From contig DYSO01000002.1 in assembly GCA_020718225.1 (NCBI GenBank), positions 5,361-69,360 on the forward strand: a stretch of DNA of 64,000 bases, given 5' to 3'. The first letter of the stretch is position 1. Each line of letters opens with the position of its first letter. Made by a program: the position numbers and the translations under genes. The notes under the pieces are model-generated. The model was not told the DNA's origin. It searched no databases and worked only from the letters and a program-made list of their open reading frames with translations. The stretch comes from Draconibacterium orientale. Lineage in GTDB: Bacteria; Bacteroidota; Bacteroidia; Bacteroidales; FEN-979. Positions 61,042 to 64,000 of the stretch are shown here, piece after piece.

Positions 61042-63330
61042 TCATTCTTTCTGATCCAGCAGCCAGTGTTCAAGTTTAGAAAACAGGTCGTCGGGTTTGA
61101 TGGGTTTGGACAGGTAATCGTTCATTCCCGCAGCCAGGCACATCTCGCGATCCCCCTTCATGGCATTGGCCGTCATCGCAATGATGGGGATTTTATCAAA
61201 ATTCAGATGCTCACGGATCTGCCTGGTTGCTGTCAGGCCATCCATTTTTGGCATTTGAACATCCATTAATACCAGTGCATAATTTTTTTCCCGGATTGCC
61301 TTAACCGCTTCTTCCCCATCCGATACAACATCCACCGCAATGTTTGCTTTTTTTATAAGAGTCATGGTAACCCGCTGGTTAATCAGGTTGTCCTCGGCCA
61401 GCAATATACGGATCGTAGGGGGTAATGATTGTAAGCGTGAAAAGATAGAAACGACCGCTTTGCCTGCTGTGCCCTCTTCCGTTGAATCTGGTCCTCCCAT
61501 CAGTGTTAAAATGCAGTCCAGCAGAGCCGATTGCTTTACCGGTTTCGTGGTGCATGAAACATTTTCGAGTCGTTTTAAAATATTTTTTTCACACCAGGAC
61601 CCAAACGCTGTCAGCACAATAGCAGGAACTGGGTTTTTTTTTCGTACCTCCTTCATGAACTCATATCCATTCATTTCCGACATCAGGTAATTGGTGATTA
61701 CCAGGCAATATTTGTCTTTTTCTTCCTTTTGAATGGCCCGCAAGGCATCTCTTGCACTTTCAAATACATGAACAGAAAAACCGAAGCCGGCAAGAATCTC
61801 TTTCAGGACGATCAGATTGGTTTTATGATCATCCACGGCCATAACGGTTAAGCCCTGTAACCTGCCGGGTATTTTCAGACTGATCTCTTTGTTTTTATCT
61901 GAATATTTGAATCGCCCCGTGAAATAAAAAGTACTTCCCTGTTTTACTGTGCTTGTAACCCATATCTCACCTTTCATCAATTCGACCAGATTTTTACTGA
62001 TGGTCAGGCCCAAGCCGGTACCGCCAAACTTCCGGGTAGTCGATGAATCTGCTTGTGAAAAACTTTCAAAAATGGCCTGCTGTCTTTCTTCAGGAATGCC
62101 GATACCCGTGTCCCGCACAGAAAAGATCAGTTCCAGTTCATTTTCCCCCAATGGATGGTCGGCCTGGATATTGCTTGAATTATTGCATACAGTGATGGTA
62201 ATCTCCCCTTTGTCGGTAAATTTCAATGCATTGCTTACAAGGTTTAATACTACCTGCCGCAGGCGCATAGGGTCGCCTACCAGGAATTTCGGTACATCAT
62301 TTCTGATCAGAACATGGATATCAAGTCCTTTATCCTCTGCTTTCTGGATAACTACATCAGACACGCTTTCAATGATTTCGTGCAGGTTGAAATCAATTTG
62401 TTCAAGTTCAAGCAACCCTGCTTCAATTTTCGAAAAGTCAAGGATATCATTGAGCAGGCTCAGCAGTACGTCGGCGCTGTCTTTTGCCATTTTCAGGAAC
62501 TGGTGCTGCTCGGAATTCAGTTTCGTATCCAAAACCAAGTCGAGCATGCCAATAATTCCGTTCATGGGGGTACGGATTTCATGACTCATGTTTGCAAGGA
62601 AATCGCTTTTGGCCCGGTTCGCCTGTTCGGCCTCCGACTTGGCTTTTTCGATGGCAGATGTATTATCCTGCAACTCCCGGTTCAGGGCGACAACACCCCG
62701 GTTGGTCTCCTCCAGCTCATGGTTGATGGTTTCAATCTGGTTGTTTCGCTCCTGAATTTGTTTGAGGAGAAACATCAGTTCGTTGTTTTGAGAGTTGATG
62801 GTATCAACCATACTGGCATCACCGCGTTCAATGGTTTTAGTAAACGCTGACTGAATTTCCGCCAACCTTCCTTTATCATGCCTGACCGCATGGCGGGGAA
62901 GCCATTTTGCTGCCGTGATGGTGGTTCCCATTCCGGCCTGCGACCTGATATTAAAATCATCCATTAAACGCTGCGACCCCATCAGGCCTACACCCATGCC
63001 GGTTTTTGAATGGAAATTTCCCGATTCAATGGATTCCAGCTCACGGATTCCCGGGCCTTTATCGGTAAAAACGATCACAATGCCATCGGATGCCTCTTTT
63101 CTGACTGCAATGGAAAAATTCACTTTCCCCCCCTGTGCGTGTTCGATCATATTGCGCGACAATTCCGAAACGGCAGTCCCGATCCGGATACAGGTTGTTT
63201 TATCGAATTGCAATTCAGAAGAAAGCAACGATGCGAGGTTGCGCGAACGAACCACATCGGATTCGAACTGCACCGGAATTTCGCCAATCTTATATAGCGT
63301 AGCGGATGATAAGAACGGTAGCATCGTCAT
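61042..63330 (-). CDS. Hybrid sensor histidine kinase: N-terminal RsbT/RsbW-like serine-kinase (HATPase_c_2) domain + coiled coil + HisKA + HATPase_c + pseudo-REC + REC
   Basis: The start is taken at MTMLPFLSS (ATG 63330). The RsbT-like part has [59 protein letters not shown]. The H-box is [20 protein letters not shown]. HATPase motifs are VRDTGIGIP and [13 protein letters not shown]1 has CLVITNYLM, with Asn at the acceptor position. REC2 has [14 protein letters not shown] and LSKPIKP. Confidence 0.8.
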   Translation of the reverse strand: MTMLPFLSSATLYKIGEIPVQFESDVVRSRNLASLLSSELQFDKTTCIRIGTAVSELSRNMIEHAQGGKVNFSIAVRKEASDGIVIVFTDKGPGIRELESIESGNFHSKTGMGVGLMGSQRLMDDFNIRSQAGMGTTITAAKWLPRHAVRHDKGRLAEIQSAFTKTIERGDASMVDTINSQNNELMFLLKQIQERNNQIETINHELEETNRGVVALNRELQDNTSAIEKAKSEAEQANRAKSDFLANMSHEIRTPMNGIIGMLDLVLDTKLNSEQHQFLKMAKDSADVLLSLLNDILDFSKIEAGLLELEQIDFNLHEIIESVSDVVIQKAEDKGLDIHVLIRNDVPKFLVGDPMRLRQVVLNLVSNALKFTDKGEITITVCNNSSNIQADHPLGENELELIFSVRDTGIGIPEERQQAIFESFSQADSSTTRKFGGTGLGLTISKNLVELMKGEIWVTSTVKQGSTFYFTGRFKYSDKNKEISLKIPGRLQGLTVMAVDDHKTNLIVLKEILAGFGFSVHVFESARDALRAIQKEEKDKYCLVITNYLMSEMNGYEFMKEVRKKNPVPAIVLTAFGSWCEKNILKRLENVSCTTKPVKQSALLDCILTLMGGPDSTEEGTAGKAVVSIFSRLQSLPPTIRILLAEDNLINQRVTMTLIKKANIAVDVVSDGEEAVKAIREKNYALVLMDVQMPKMDGLTATRQIREHLNFDKIPIIAMTANAMKGDREMCLAAGMNDYLSKPIKPDDLFSKLEHWLLDQKE

Positions 63331-63994
63331 TGGCTCTTGAAAATTGATTGATAATATGTTCTGCGCTTTTCTGTGGATGTTCGCCCCAGTCAATGTCATC
63401 GGCTTTCCAATGCGTCGTAATTCCATCGGAGTACATGCAAACAAAATCACCGGGGTTAAAATCAAAATCAAAAACCCTTGGGGTACGCATGTTGTGTCCC
63501 ATAATACCGCCATAGGACATCAGGTTTTTCTTGCCTTCCGAAGTAAACAGAAACCCTTCGATATTGCCAATGCCTGAAAACGACAGATTTTGAGCACCGG
63601 TATCGAGGCGTACCAATCCAATGGTTGAACCGCGTGTACCCTGTAAGGCATTGTGCACATGCATCATCAATATGCTGACAGGCAATTCGGCCTTCAGGAT
63701 AATTTGCTCCCTTGCCAGGTGCGATGCAAGGTTGGCCTCGATGCCGTGTCCAAGACCGTCGATTACAGCAGCCACACTCAGGTCTGGCCCGAAATGGTTG
63801 ACAAGGTAACTATCGCCGTTCACCAACTCTCCGGGTTTACTGCGTGAAGCTGCTCCGATCTCAAGTTTTCTGTTTGTACCCATCCAGGACCTGGCAGGTA
63901 AATATTTTAATGTGCGGATGCAGTTCTTTAAAGGAAGATGACCCGAAAAAAATGTTTCCCTGAAATCCGGGGCCAATGAGGGGTTGATTTCCAT
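63290..63994 (-). CDS. PP2C-type (SpoIIE/RsbX-like) serine phosphatase. The 5' end is uncertain and may run off the window.
   Basis: Motifs are [37 protein letters not shown] and MYSDGIT, as in RsbX-type phosphatases. The likely start is [10 protein letters not shown] (ATG 63883), but the frame stays open to position 64000. The 3' end overlaps the kinase gene start by about 40 nt. Confidence 0.7.
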   Translation of the reverse strand: MEINPSLAPDFRETFFSGHLPLKNCIRTLKYLPARSWMGTNRKLEIGAASRSKPGELVNGDSYLVNHFGPDLSVAAVIDGLGHGIEANLASHLAREQIILKAELPVSILMMHVHNALQGTRGSTIGLVRLDTGAQNLSFSGIGNIEGFLFTSEGKKNLMSYGGIMGHNMRTPRVFDFDFNPGDFVCMYSDGITTHWKADDIDWGEHPQKSAEHIINQFSRANDDATVLIIRYAI

Positions 63995-64000
63995 TTCATC

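Overview
This 64-kb window is tightly packed with about 50 protein genes. It looks like it comes from an anaerobic member of the Bacteroidota. The signs are five secreted proteins with T9SS C-terminal sorting domains, gldF/gldG, TonB-dependent receptors with CarboxypepD_reg N-termini, TAnnTTTG -7 promoter boxes 20-50 nt upstream of start codons, and a rubrerythrin-like gene beside a flavin/Fe-S oxidoreductase cluster. I found no rRNA, tRNA or CRISPR.

Recognisable housekeeping genes are gdhA, mgsA, purC, phoH, cinA, rpmB, rocD, ettA, gldF/gldG, ccmBCDE, a UbiD-family decarboxylase, a C69 dipeptidase, LptF/G and several glycosyltransferases.

Four things stand out:

1. Short-unit tandem arrays. 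An HUH/Y1 (RAYT-like) transposase gene is bracketed by foldback arrays of 9-10 nt tandem units. Related or analogous 7-10 nt arrays occur at five more sites. All seven arrays begin exactly at, or include, the stop codon of the upstream gene, and three lie inside apparent operons.
2. A NuoE/NuoF-like operon. Its third subunit fuses a [2Fe-2S] ferredoxin, a GltD/NfnB-like NAD(P)H module and a molybdopterin-oxidoreductase-like domain that seems to lack the Cys/Sec ligand. This looks like a Bfu/Stn-type electron-bifurcating candidate.
3. Two large paralogous proteins that bracket that operon. Each has the architecture pseudo-REC + REC + PPDK_N ATP-grasp + unknown C-terminal domain, with no phosphohistidine or PEP-utilizer domains.
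4. A stressosome-type output at the right edge. An RsbX-like PP2C gene is followed by a hybrid histidine kinase whose N-terminus is an RsbT-like serine-kinase domain.

All functional calls come from reading motifs by eye. No searches were run.
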